This document shows positions 19,550 to 29,408 of a DNA stretch of 64,000 nt, piece by piece. Below the pieces are notes generated by a model. It saw only the letters and a program-made list of their open reading frames with translations. It did no database searches and was not told where the DNA came from. The stretch comes from an uncultured bacterium (lineage in GTDB: Bacteria; Babelota; Babeliae; Babelales; Vermiphilaceae). The stretch covers positions 1,216,001 to 1,280,000 of the forward strand of contig OY969699.1 of NCBI GenBank assembly GCA_963702025.1, given 5' to 3'. The translations under genes were made by a program, and so were the position numbers. Every line of letters begins with the position of its first letter. Positions within the stretch are counted from its first letter, which is position 1.

Positions 19550-20074
19550 ATGAAACTATATCATGCATATTCATTTGCCTTGTGCGCTTTCTTCACTGCA
19601 ACTGCCATGCAAAAACCAACCTCTTCTCTTGAGTTACTAAATGCCACTAAATATAACGATATGGAAACGGCTAAAAAACTGATAGAAGCAGGAACTGAAG
19701 TAAATGAACAATCCCACCGTGGCGAAACGCCTCTCTTTTATGCAGTCAGCAACCTCAATCTGCCGATAGTTAAACTATTGCTCGAAAAAAAAGCTAATCC
19801 GAATATCCAAACGAGCAATGAATGCGGCTATAATGGCATGACACCTTTGATGTTAGGCGCAGCGCGAGCTATCAAAGAAAATTTTTCTACGGTAAAGGAA
19901 ATTATCCAATCACTTTTAGAAGCAAACGCTGATCAAACCGTACATGATAGCCTTTATCGTTTAGCATCCTTTCATGTATGCATCAACTTCAATATTAGCG
20001 AAGCACAACAAGATGAACTGCTTACTTTATGTGCTAATAATGATCTAAAAAAGCGCAAAGAACAAAAACCGTAA
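19550..20074 (+). CDS. Secreted ankyrin repeat protein
   Basis: GETPLFYAV...LLEKKANPN; GMTPLM; signal peptide ATA-MQ. Confidence 0.9.
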   Translation: MKLYHAYSFALCAFFTATAMQKPTSSLELLNATKYNDMETAKKLIEAGTEVNEQSHRGETPLFYAVSNLNLPIVKLLLEKKANPNIQTSNECGYNGMTPLMLGAARAIKENFSTVKEIIQSLLEANADQTVHDSLYRLASFHVCINFNISEAQQDELLTLCANNDLKKRKEQKP

Positions 20075-20243
20075 CTCTCTCGGACAAACTAAAATAATTT
20101 TCTAGCTATTCAATGGAGCCACAAAGAGAGCAAACGAAACTAAAAAGAATTTTTTAAAAAAAAATAGAAAAACACTATACTTTTGATCAATCACTTACCT
20201 GAAATCATAAAAAAATAGTTACGAATGTATGTTAGGGATCATT

Positions 20244-22232
20244 ATGAAGTATGTACTACTTTCTATTTCATTTCTTTTTTCATCATTTCTTGTCGCCATG
20301 GAGATGCCGCCACATAAAGAAAATGCGGATGCAGAAAAAAATAATGATCTGTTACTACGCGCAAGCGTACGCGGCCATGGCAATGTGCATGAATTGCAAC
20401 AGGCCATCGCGCACGGCGCCGACGTTAACACCTACCTTCACACCACGTGCCAGCATGGCAAACCGCACAACATTGCTCTTTTACTCGCGCTTGGCGCCGA
20501 CCCTAATACCATCGATCCGGACACCCTCTTAACACCCCTACAACGGCTTTGCGTAAGCCATGACAAAAAAATAATAAATACTGCGGAATTATTGCCCTGC
20601 TCATTTTTGCTCGCAGCAGCCGGCGCAGAACCGGAGATAACCTGCTATGATTCAACTGTTTTTGACTGGGCAATGATGCGTCCGTTTGCAATTTCTACCA
20701 AACAACTTCTGCAACGAGTCTTTGATGCCTATATACCCTCTGAATCAAAGAGCATAGAAATCGTAAAAGATATTTATCATTTTCAAATAAAAGAATTACA
20801 AGAATGCAAAAATAACATTAATGATCCGGACATTGCCTTAAGAGCGTTCCGCATTAACGCATGTTTGGTCGGGTACTATAAAAAATCGCCGGTTGATTTT
20901 ATCACCGGCCAATTTTGTTGCGATCCAATCTACTTGCAACATGTACCGTCACCAAAAATAGATATTTCAGAATCTTTAGTTGGCAAAAATATGACACAAA
21001 AAGATTTAAAGCAGGAATTAAGAACTCACACTCACAAACTGAATCTCCCCAATCAGCATGGCACAACGTTACTTATGGAAGCGGTGCAAGCAAATGATTC
21101 ACAACGAGTACAAACACTCATTAATTCCGGCGCCGATATATATGCAGTAGACAATGAAGAGCAAACAGCCTTGGATATTGCTGCAAAAAAAGGATCATTG
21201 GAAACCATTCGCATTCTGCTCAAAGAATATGATGCACATAAAAAAATTCAACGGCACATGCCACAGATTCCGGCCCACCTGCATCCTGCAATCGTCAATA
21301 TTCTACAAAAGCCTACCGAGATTGCCGCGCGCAATCAGCATCCTGGTTGCTCACAACTTATTTTTAATTATAACAAATCCACCGATCCATTCTTTATGGC
21401 CCTACTCATGAATGATGCAAAAAAACTTGAAGAAATTTTTACCGAACAGCCCGAAAAAATTAAACAACCGCTCATCCTGCCCCGCTTGCCGGCAGTCACC
21501 CCTCTTGAATGGGCACAACTCATCGAAGATAAAGAGTTAATAACCTACTTACAAAAAAAAGGTGCGCAACCGGTGACCAAAAAATTTCAAGATGCATTGA
21601 GTGACAGCGTGCGTCATAACAATTTCAAAATACTCAAAAGTGCATTACGCGCCGGCGCGTTAATTAATGGCTATGATTCTAAAGGGAACACCGCGCTGTT
21701 GTGGGCATGCAGTGTCGGCAAGCCGGAAGTTATTTCTTTGCTGATTCGCAAAGGAGCCGATTTGAATATTGATGATCGCGATAAACATCGTTGCGGCTTG
21801 CGCTGGCTCTTGCGCATGCATGATAGATCCCAAAAAAAGAATGGCCGTCAATTTACCACGAGTGAATTTTTGCCGCGACTGTTTTTACTTATCGATGGCG
21901 GCGCCGATACTAAAATAGTTGATGATCACGGCGAAAATATCCATGATTGGATCCTCAAACAAGGTTTTAGCGATGATGAATTTAGTTTAGTAACTAATAT
22001 TGTCTTTATGCACGAGAAGCGGCCCGAATCGCAAGAACTGTTCCGCGAATTACTCTTACATGCAATATATAACTTTCAAAATGAAGAACTCGAAAAGGCC
22101 CGCGCCGAGAAAGATCTTCTCAAGGCCAAAAATATTGAAAACGCCTTAGTTGGGGTTGAAGGGTATCGCGGAAAGGTATTTTTTGACAAAATGTACAAAA
22201 AAAAGCCTGTCCAAAGTGGTCAGGGGCAATAG
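20244..22232 (+). CDS. Secreted ankyrin repeat protein, paralog of 14406-16211
   Basis: GTTLLMEAV, QTALDIAA, GNTALLWAC; shared LRMH..S.KK.G.Q..TS..LP module. Confidence 0.9.
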   Translation: MKYVLLSISFLFSSFLVAMEMPPHKENADAEKNNDLLLRASVRGHGNVHELQQAIAHGADVNTYLHTTCQHGKPHNIALLLALGADPNTIDPDTLLTPLQRLCVSHDKKIINTAELLPCSFLLAAAGAEPEITCYDSTVFDWAMMRPFAISTKQLLQRVFDAYIPSESKSIEIVKDIYHFQIKELQECKNNINDPDIALRAFRINACLVGYYKKSPVDFITGQFCCDPIYLQHVPSPKIDISESLVGKNMTQKDLKQELRTHTHKLNLPNQHGTTLLMEAVQANDSQRVQTLINSGADIYAVDNEEQTALDIAAKKGSLETIRILLKEYDAHKKIQRHMPQIPAHLHPAIVNILQKPTEIAARNQHPGCSQLIFNYNKSTDPFFMALLMNDAKKLEEIFTEQPEKIKQPLILPRLPAVTPLEWAQLIEDKELITYLQKKGAQPVTKKFQDALSDSVRHNNFKILKSALRAGALINGYDSKGNTALLWACSVGKPEVISLLIRKGADLNIDDRDKHRCGLRWLLRMHDRSQKKNGRQFTTSEFLPRLFLLIDGGADTKIVDDHGENIHDWILKQGFSDDEFSLVTNIVFMHEKRPESQELFRELLLHAIYNFQNEELEKARAEKDLLKAKNIENALVGVEGYRGKVFFDKMYKKKPVQSGQGQ

Positions 22233-22236
22233 ATAA

Positions 22237-22319
22237 TTGCAAGAACTTTGCCTCAAAGGTATAAAATATGCACTTTTATGCAAAAGGGCTTTGACTTTCC
22301 TCCTTATTTCTTTTACAAT
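22237..22319 (+). promoter_or_regulatory. Tandem sigma70 promoters for the tRNA cluster
   Basis: TTGCAA-17-TATAAA (22237-22265) and TTGACT-17-TACAAT (22291-22319). Confidence 0.7.
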
Positions 22320-22337
22320 TTTTGAGTCTGAAATTAG

Positions 22338-22414
22338 GGGCGGTTAGCTCAGTTGGTTAGAGCATCAGTCTTACAAACTGGGGGTCGCAGGTTCGAATCC
22401 TGCACCGCCCACCA
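22338..22414 (+). tRNA. tRNA-Val(TAC)
   Basis: GGGCGGT/ACCGCCC acceptor stem, CT-TAC-AA loop, GGTTCGAATCC, encoded CCA. Confidence 0.97.
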
Positions 22415-22556
22415 GTCTACGCTTATCCGGGGCTTCCGCCTCGGCAAGCTACGCCTGGCTGCGCCAGCACTTGAGGCAGAACCTATAAAATTGAAATATA
22501 AATGCTGTAGAAATTCGGCAGCCTGCCCGCCATAGCTCGTAGAGCGACGGCTGGGT
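22415..22556. repeat. REP-like tRNA trailer element
   Basis: GTCTACGCTT...GCTACGCCTGGCTGCGCCAGCACTT and CCTGCCCGCCATAGCTCGTAGAGCGACGGCTGGG. Confidence 0.7.
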
Positions 22557-22589
22557 AGCTGTTTAAAGCGAAGACGGATGAAATATTAT

Positions 22590-22665
22590 TCCTCGGTAGC
22601 TCAGTTGGTAGAGCAAACGACTGTTAATCGTTGGGTCGCAGGTTCGAGTCCTGCCCGAGGAGCCA
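22590..22665 (+). tRNA. tRNA-Asn(GTT)
   Basis: TCCTCGG/CCGAGGA acceptor stem, CT-GTT-AA loop, GGTTCGAGTCC, CCA. Confidence 0.97.
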
Positions 22666-22842
22666 TTCTACGCCAAGTCCCTCGAAAGGGCTCGGGAGTA
22701 AACACGTCCTTCCGCTCATCCTGAGTAGAAAACGTAGTTTTCATATCGAAGGACGCCTGGCTTCGCCATCACTAAAGGAAATAACATAAAGCTTAAGAGA
22801 TGTGCGAAAAAACTTGTCCGCCCAAGCTCGTAAGAGCGTAGA
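22666..22842. repeat. REP-like tRNA trailer element with nested REP modules
   Basis: TCTACGC...CGCCTGGCTTCGCCATCACT interrupted by CCCTCGAAAGGGCTCGGGAGTAAA and CCGCTCATCCTGAG...TCGAAGGA; closes with GAGCGTAGA. Confidence 0.7.
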
Positions 22843-22859
22843 AAAAACCCTAAAAATTA

Positions 22860-22936
22860 GGGGCTGTAGCTCAGTTGGTTAGAGCGTCCGCCTGTCACGC
22901 GGAAGGTCGTGGGATCGAGGCCCATCAGCCCCGCCA
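22860..22936 (+). tRNA. tRNA-Asp(GTC), integration target, atypical T-loop
   Basis: GGGGCTG/CAGCCCC acceptor stem, CT-GTC-AC loop, T-arm GTGGG-ATCGAGG-CCCAT, CCA. Confidence 0.9.
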
Positions 22937-24382
22937 TTGTTGACGATCCGAACAATTTAGGATCAGATCAAATGGCTTAGCAGCGTCCCAGAGCAGCTTA
23001 TCATCTTCTAGTCTCAAGTTCTGAAGTACAAGCTTGATTAATTGCCGTTTTTCCTCAACTTCAGAACCGATAAATAATTCATAAGCGCGGTTAACCAGAT
23101 CCAGAACATGTTTTGAAGTTAAATAATAGTTATCTTCAGCTTCTTGTAATTTCTCAAGACGGATACTAATATCGGTCACTTGATCGCGTAGTGAAGTGTA
23201 AAATTTGTCATACTCGCTGTCAGTAATTCTCCCTTTGAGTTTATCAAGGTAAAGATTATCCATCATCTTAGTGGTGGTTTTTTGTTCGGAAGTGAGCCTA
23301 TCAAACTCTCTATTGTGAAATTCCACCTTATCCTGATGAACTGCATTAAGCGTTTCTATAATTTCCAAAATAATATCTTCAGGCATCTGGATATTTTTAA
23401 ATACTTTGCCTAATTGCTCAGTAATTGCTTCTTCTCGCAGCCATTTTGCCCCATGCTTGCCATTATATTGCGTGCAATGGTAATAGATATTGCCTTTGTG
23501 CTTCTCAGGCGTTATAGCCAATCCGCAATGGGCGCATCGAATAAGGCCCCGATATACATATGGTTTGCCGGCGAACTTGAATGGTTTTTTATTGTAACTT
23601 GCTTTCACTTGTTGTACCTGCTCAAAAAGGGTTTGAGAAATAATGGTTGGATAGCGATGGGGGTATGATTTACCTTTTACAATCATGATCCCATAAAAGA
23701 AATGATTATTAAGCATCTTCCAAAGATAGCCCTTGGCCCAATCCAACCTATAATCTTTTTTTACTTTTGCACGAAGCAAATCCATGGAATAAGCACCGGT
23801 GGCATAAAGCTCATATAATTTTCTCACAATATGCGCTTCATATTCATCCACAATGATATCGGTATTGCCAGCTGCGTTGGTGATATTCTTATAGCCATAA
23901 GGAGCCATTGCCGGCCATTCTCCTTTGCGGAGCTTCTGTTCAAGCGCGCGCTTCACGTTATCGCTAATAGCATCGGAATAATATTTGGCCAGCCCAAGGC
24001 TGATGCTAAATTGGAATTTTTCTACCGCAGAAATGCGGCTAGTAATAATCTGCCCATCAGAAACAAAATGCAATTCTATTTCATCGCTTAATGCTCGTTC
24101 ATAAAGAACGGAGATACGTTTATCAAATACATTGCGTGAAAGGCGATCCACTTTATCACAGCAAACAGCAGTCTTTTCTGTTTGGGCTAAAATGATATCG
24201 ATAATGCGATCAAATTCAGAACGATCATTGGTATAGGCGCTTTCATCAAAACTGCAAACTTGTTGAATTTCAAAGCCTTTGCTTTCGCAATATCTTTCAA
24301 GCCGTGCTACTTGTGCGGGCAATGAGTTGCCTGCTTCTCGTTGTTCTTCTGTGCTTACTCGTGCGATGAGAATTGCTTTCAT
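22925..24382 (-). CDS. Large serine recombinase (integrase)
   Basis: ARVST.EQ, DKVDRLSRN catalytic domain; APYGY recombinase domain; CAHCG...YYHC zinc ribbon; stop codon inside tRNA-Asp. Confidence 0.95.
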   Translation of the reverse strand: MKAILIARVSTEEQREAGNSLPAQVARLERYCESKGFEIQQVCSFDESAYTNDRSEFDRIIDIILAQTEKTAVCCDKVDRLSRNVFDKRISVLYERALSDEIELHFVSDGQIITSRISAVEKFQFSISLGLAKYYSDAISDNVKRALEQKLRKGEWPAMAPYGYKNITNAAGNTDIIVDEYEAHIVRKLYELYATGAYSMDLLRAKVKKDYRLDWAKGYLWKMLNNHFFYGIMIVKGKSYPHRYPTIISQTLFEQVQQVKASYNKKPFKFAGKPYVYRGLIRCAHCGLAITPEKHKGNIYYHCTQYNGKHGAKWLREEAITEQLGKVFKNIQMPEDIILEIIETLNAVHQDKVEFHNREFDRLTSEQKTTTKMMDNLYLDKLKGRITDSEYDKFYTSLRDQVTDISIRLEKLQEAEDNYYLTSKHVLDLVNRAYELFIGSEVEEKRQLIKLVLQNLRLEDDKLLWDAAKPFDLILNCSDRQQWRG

Positions 24383-24622
24383 ATTATGCTCTTGCTAAGG
24401 GGTTTAATTTTGAATCCTTAGCAGTTTAATCGCAAAGCAAAATATTTCTAGATTACGAACCAATAAACGATTATTTCATTGGTGATCACTTCGTACCAAT
24501 CCACGGAATCCTAAAAAGTATGCGAAGGCTAAAGAATAAAGAAAATTCTGACTCTACTGCGAAGATGAAAAATCCATAAAAGGAAAGAGGGTTTTTATTT
24601 CTTGTTTCATATAATTCCAGAA

Positions 24623-25861
24623 TTATTTTAGCCGAAATTTAATTTCGATTTCATTTTTATTGGCGATAGCTTCTACTAATTTGATTGATTTACCTTTGAG
24701 ATATTTATCAAAAAAATTTACCAATAAAGCCCTTGTAATTCTAATTGCTTCTTCATGAGTTATTTTGCCCGGTTCTTTTGCCTGCGTAATAAGATTCCAA
24801 TCACTAAAAGACATATGATCCGCATTTTTCAAAACGATATGATATACATCATTGGTGAGATTCTCATAAAGTTTGGCAATGCGCTCTTGGTTATCCTTTA
24901 TTACCTTGTTGTAATAATCTTCGTTCGGATGTCCGGCCGGAACGCTAAATGGCTTGCCAAAAAGAAACATAAACGGCTTATTAAAGCCAATATCTTGATT
25001 CTCACCAAAAAGCGGGCCTTCGATATCTACTCCGGCTCTACAGCGTGGATCAATCCGGCACAAAGAAACTGCTGCAGCACCACCAAATGAATGGCCCATA
25101 ATGCCAATATGCTCAAGATCAAGCTTATTGGTGAATCTATTCTTTGGATCTTGTTGATTAATTAATGCAAGCTGATCCATAACAAATTGTAGATCCTTTA
25201 CCCAGATGATTATTTCATGATTATGGGCTTTTTCGAGCTCTTCTTTGTTTTGAACAAATTCTGCCCACTGGGTAGAGCCTCTGATAATTCTGCCATCAGG
25301 AAATTCAACTGGTTCGGAAATATACGTATGATCAAGTGCCGCTACAATATAACCATGGCTGGCCAGTTCTTCAAATAAGTTTGTGGAAAGATAATGAGGG
25401 CCACCAAATCCGGGCGAAAAAAGAATGATCGGGTATTTGGATTGTTTATCACTTACAGGAGCATTAAGATATGCGTGTGTAATAACATCAGCATCAATAT
25501 AGCCGCTGCCGCCAAATAAAAATGGCTCTTTCTTTGCAAGTTCTTCTTGTATGTGAGCTTTTAACTGGGAAGAAATGTACGGAGCTTGAATTTCATTTCC
25601 TTGAAGATTTGCAGGATACCATAGATGTAGCATTAGTTCACGAAAATGATGTTTAGGATCTTGTGAATAAACTTCTTTGCGTGATGTATCAATTAAATGA
25701 TATCTTATCGTTCCAATAGCATAGGTGCCGATCGGTTTTGGCAACTTAACGGCAAATGGTTTATGATTACTCATTTTTTGTCCAACAATAACAATACCTA
25801 GGAGCAAAAAGCTAGTTAAAACTATTTTGTTTTTTAAAAAATATATCTTTATTCTTTCCAA
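24623..25861 (-). CDS. Alpha/beta hydrolase (PAF-acetylhydrolase-like)
   Basis: LFSPGFG, ELASHGYIV, GHSFGG nucleophile elbow, HMSFSD. Confidence 0.85.
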   Translation of the reverse strand: MERIKIYFLKNKIVLTSFLLLGIVIVGQKMSNHKPFAVKLPKPIGTYAIGTIRYHLIDTSRKEVYSQDPKHHFRELMLHLWYPANLQGNEIQAPYISSQLKAHIQEELAKKEPFLFGGSGYIDADVITHAYLNAPVSDKQSKYPIILFSPGFGGPHYLSTNLFEELASHGYIVAALDHTYISEPVEFPDGRIIRGSTQWAEFVQNKEELEKAHNHEIIIWVKDLQFVMDQLALINQQDPKNRFTNKLDLEHIGIMGHSFGGAAAVSLCRIDPRCRAGVDIEGPLFGENQDIGFNKPFMFLFGKPFSVPAGHPNEDYYNKVIKDNQERIAKLYENLTNDVYHIVLKNADHMSFSDWNLITQAKEPGKITHEEAIRITRALLVNFFDKYLKGKSIKLVEAIANKNEIEIKFRLK

Positions 25862-26648
25862 TAATAATCACCGAAGTAAAAAGTAAAATTAACCACAGAA
25901 TAAACCAGGTAAATGGTTTAATGTGAAAAACATTAAGACATAAATCATAAATACTATGAAAAAGTATAGCGCTTAAAATACTGCGATTATTTTTTACGTA
26001 TAACCAATTGGTTATGATGGTTATTAGGAATAAGCCAGTAAAATAAATAAATGTCTGAAATAATCCCAAATCCCAAATTTCTTTTTGCAAACCCCCATTA
26101 TGAATGAAGAATAAAGGAACATGCCATAAACCCCATATGGCACCAAACATTAAGGATGTTTTTATTAAATTAAACTTATCTCTTAAGCTATCAATGCAAT
26201 ATCCGCGCCATCCTATTTCTTCAAAAGGCCCAATGAGAAATATCACCAATAAAAGCATCAAAAAATTTTTTCCTTGTAAAAGGAGATCGTTTGATTGAGT
26301 TATAAAAGAAATTTGATTTGCCGGTTGTCCGAAAAATAAGGATATAATTATTGCAAGTACAATGAGAGATGGGAATAATAACAAAATAATAGGAATAAAT
26401 TTTCTTTTAATACTGTCAGGTCGTAATCTTTGAAAAAAATCATTCCATAACTCTTTATTTCTCGATTTAATTAACATTATTATCGTAGCGAGTGCCGGAC
26501 CACTTAAACCAACAAGAACTAAAGGCAATAAAAGATAGTGCATTGATGGTTGCCAACTTGCATAAATAGCAAAAAACCAAGGTAACCAACTCAGAAAAAA
26601 AGTTATTAAAAAGAAATTTAATGGTTCATATGTATATGTTTTTAACAT
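25812..26648 (-). CDS. CPBP/CAAX family intramembrane protease
   Basis: EEIGWRGY, WGLWH, AILFH; multiple TM helices. Confidence 0.9.
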   Translation of the reverse strand: MLKTYTYEPLNFFLITFFLSWLPWFFAIYASWQPSMHYLLLPLVLVGLSGPALATIIMLIKSRNKELWNDFFQRLRPDSIKRKFIPIILLLFPSLIVLAIIISLFFGQPANQISFITQSNDLLLQGKNFLMLLLVIFLIGPFEEIGWRGYCIDSLRDKFNLIKTSLMFGAIWGLWHVPLFFIHNGGLQKEIWDLGLFQTFIYFTGLFLITIITNWLYVKNNRSILSAILFHSIYDLCLNVFHIKPFTWFILWLILLFTSVIIIGKNKDIFFKKQNSFN

Positions 26649-26715
26649 GAGTGACTCTTTAATTATAAAGAAAACTTATTTAATAAAAAATTAATACTTA
26701 AAAATAACATTAAAG

Positions 26716-27465
26716 TTAATTATCTTGTAACGTTTTAGAATTAGCAATCATATATTCTGAATTCACCCAATAACCATCCATTACATGTTTAAATCCCCAT
26801 TGGCTGTAAAGATCTAATACGTCTTTATTAGTCACTCGAGAATGAACAATAATGCGCTGGACATCAGGTATGATTTTAAAAATTGAGCTCATAAGAATTT
26901 TGCGCAATTCGTTTCGTTGAACTTCAGAAACCATGCCAACCATTCCAGCTTTAATTGTTCCTACTGGATACTCCGGATTTGTTAAGAATTGAATAAATCC
27001 CAATAACTTTCCGTGTGCATCACAAGCGGTCACCAAATAATGAATCTCACCCTGAGCACTAAATCTGCTAAAATCTGTGGTTAAAAAAAATTGATTGAAA
27101 ATCGCAGTAATCTTTTCCTTCACATCGTTCCAATCAATACTCTTTTCTTGGAATAATGGCGAAAGTGACTTTAAGAAATGATCCTGAGGAATCGCTTCTG
27201 GATGAATCTGAGCAAAATTAAATTCTTGGTTAGCATACGCTTGAATTAATATGTTGCTCACATCTTGAATGCTCTGAGTCAATTGAGGTGATGTACCTTC
27301 AACTTTTTGAAAGGTTAAATGGATTTCTTGGCCATTATTATCATGAGTTACAAAACTATTCATGGTATTTTCTCGTTTATTATAAAGTTCATTGGAATGT
27401 GTTGCATATGTAACAAAAAATAGAGCTATGCCCATTAAGCACCATGCTAAGGGCATTTTATCCAA
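26716..27465 (-). CDS. Putative GNAT-fold protein
   Basis: GKLLGF, N..VLDLYSQWGF motif; start codon uncertain. Confidence 0.55.
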   Translation of the reverse strand: MDKMPLAWCLMGIALFFVTYATHSNELYNKRENTMNSFVTHDNNGQEIHLTFQKVEGTSPQLTQSIQDVSNILIQAYANQEFNFAQIHPEAIPQDHFLKSLSPLFQEKSIDWNDVKEKITAIFNQFFLTTDFSRFSAQGEIHYLVTACDAHGKLLGFIQFLTNPEYPVGTIKAGMVGMVSEVQRNELRKILMSSIFKIIPDVQRIIVHSRVTNKDVLDLYSQWGFKHVMDGYWVNSEYMIANSKTLQDN

Positions 27466-27690
27466 TTTAAAAGTATATATATCCTAAAATTAGGGAAATA
27501 AGGCTCTAAGCCTAAATATTGTTTAATAAGATATGTCTATGCCTTAAAAGGCTGATAAGACATTAAAAAGAAGAAGAAACTTTCATAAAAACGCCCCCGG
27601 ATACTATCCACAGAAAGGAGACCAAAAAACAAATAACATTTTAATAATAAGCTAAATAGCTATTAAATCAAGGTTGCCTTGCAAGAATAA

Positions 27691-28806
27691 CTAATATATC
27701 TGCAAGGTTTTAAACTTCAATATATGCTCTCTAATTATTCCCAAAGGCTTTTGAATCCCTGGAAGCTTTATATCTTTTGCTTCCCCCATAAGCCGAGTCC
27801 AATCCCTTTGATTCCGCTTTGATAGCATGCCCCTTAATTCCCGGATATTAATAATTTCCATGGCTTTTGATAATCCATACATCTGCAATATCCTTTTGGA
27901 ACCAAGTTCAGGATTATTGAATATTAAATCAGCAAGTAGGGCTTTATCATTGGCAGCCTTATAATCAAGCAAGGGTGGCCTTTTGCTTTCCAGCTCATCA
28001 ATGTAATGCAAAAGAATTTTCTTTGCATTGGCAGCCTTAAAAAGGCTTTTAAAAGATAAATCTGATTTGATGCTGAGCTTATTAAAGAGCTGTTTAATTT
28101 TCTGCTGTTTATTCAAGCGCACTTCCATGCGCAATATTTCTAATTTATTTTTTCTTTTTGCAACCCGGGGAAAGAGATTCAATTGCAATGCACTATCTTT
28201 TTCAATTGCACGCTTATCGCTTTGTTTTGCTTTTTTAAGATCCTTAATTTTATCATAAAATACCACTTCATATGAATTGCAGTGCCATTTATAGCTATGC
28301 CCTTCATTACGATAATCCGTTTGATTTACATCAAGGGAAAGCTTGATATTCGCTTCTTTGATCTTATTAATATAGTGATAGGGCGTTGAGCCATCCGTGA
28401 GGGCAATATTTTTAGAGTAATGAATTGCTGATATGGGTGCTTGCGCAAGAACATCGGGAGCAACAATAACCCCCATTTGATTTAAAATAGATGAGAGCTT
28501 AGAGAGCAGAGGCTGCAGATCTTTCCCTTTTAGCTCTTCAAAATTATTGCCATAAAAGAGCTTAGGCAATGATAGCTCAATTCTGAGTACTATTTCTTTT
28601 GGATTCCGTATATTGGTTCGTAATGTGAGCCGTGGCTTATATATTCCTGCAAGCAACTCTTTCTTGGTAGGATTCTGCTTTGATTGAATTCCGTGAACGG
28701 CACTTGATCTATTATTTGTAATCCATCGTGCGGATGGTAAAAATTTATCTGGATCAGTAATTTGGAATAAATCTTGGCTGAGGAGTAATACTACTGTATC
28801 GATCAT
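27691..28806 (-). CDS. Rolling-circle replication initiator-like protein (phage gpII/CRI, Rep_trans-related)
   Basis: MIDT start, IELSLPKLFYGNN, VFYDKIKDL, ILRMEVRL motifs. Confidence 0.7.
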   Translation of the reverse strand: MIDTVVLLLSQDLFQITDPDKFLPSARWITNNRSSAVHGIQSKQNPTKKELLAGIYKPRLTLRTNIRNPKEIVLRIELSLPKLFYGNNFEELKGKDLQPLLSKLSSILNQMGVIVAPDVLAQAPISAIHYSKNIALTDGSTPYHYINKIKEANIKLSLDVNQTDYRNEGHSYKWHCNSYEVVFYDKIKDLKKAKQSDKRAIEKDSALQLNLFPRVAKRKNKLEILRMEVRLNKQQKIKQLFNKLSIKSDLSFKSLFKAANAKKILLHYIDELESKRPPLLDYKAANDKALLADLIFNNPELGSKRILQMYGLSKAMEIINIRELRGMLSKRNQRDWTRLMGEAKDIKLPGIQKPLGIIREHILKFKTLQIY

Positions 28807-29131
28807 ATGCTTTACCAATGCTGCAAATTTTAAAGTAATTAAATATGCATGATAAAGTATCGATAATTAAAAGCAAGCATGTCCGGCGAAGCCTTGGCGA
28901 AGAGGGAAGGGGCCCGCATTTTTGCGAGCCTTCTTTATAGGTTTTTTCTAAATCTATTTTCTTTGTCTTTTTTGATCGAGTTCTTGTTGTAACAGTATAT
29001 TCTTCTGGATTGATTCGCTTATTAATTTGCACAAGCAATCCAACGAATGCTGCGAACTTCTTACGATCATCACAATTTAATATAGCGCTTATAGGCAAGC
29101 GAGATACCGCTCTATTCTTCTTTGATATCAT
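28754..29131 (-). CDS. Small basic hypothetical protein with in-frame REP-like insertion
   Basis: GAG-containing RBS-like sequence upstream; SSPRLRRT encoded by the palindrome at ~28878-28908. Confidence 0.45.
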   Translation of the reverse strand: MISKKNRAVSRLPISAILNCDDRKKFAAFVGLLVQINKRINPEEYTVTTRTRSKKTKKIDLEKTYKEGSQKCGPLPSSPRLRRTCLLLIIDTLSCIFNYFKICSIGKAYDRYSSITPQPRFIPNY

Positions 29132-29408
29132 ATAACTCTCGATTCTATGCGAGTATGATCATGCTGATTAATTTATCAACATTGGAAATAAGTAAATTAC
29201 GATTGTTATGGATTGAGCTTATTTGCTCTCAGTTGCTAAGCAGAGATCATTCTGCCCGTTGAGCAAATGCCAGCTTGGTGATGAGATCAGATATTGTAAT
29301 CTGATAAATTTGATATAGTTCATTGCTTTACCCTCAGTTGTATAGGTGCGCTTCAAAATACATTGAGGGTAATAATAGATGGGATTATAGTGAATTGCAA
29401 GAATTTAC

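Noticed and set aside
22353..22535. 60-aa ORF
   Set aside because: Overlaps tRNA-Val and its trailer repeat
24390..24610. Possible small gene or pseudogene upstream of the recombinase (MKQEIKTLFP...)
   Set aside because: Stop after 18 codons and no recognisable homology
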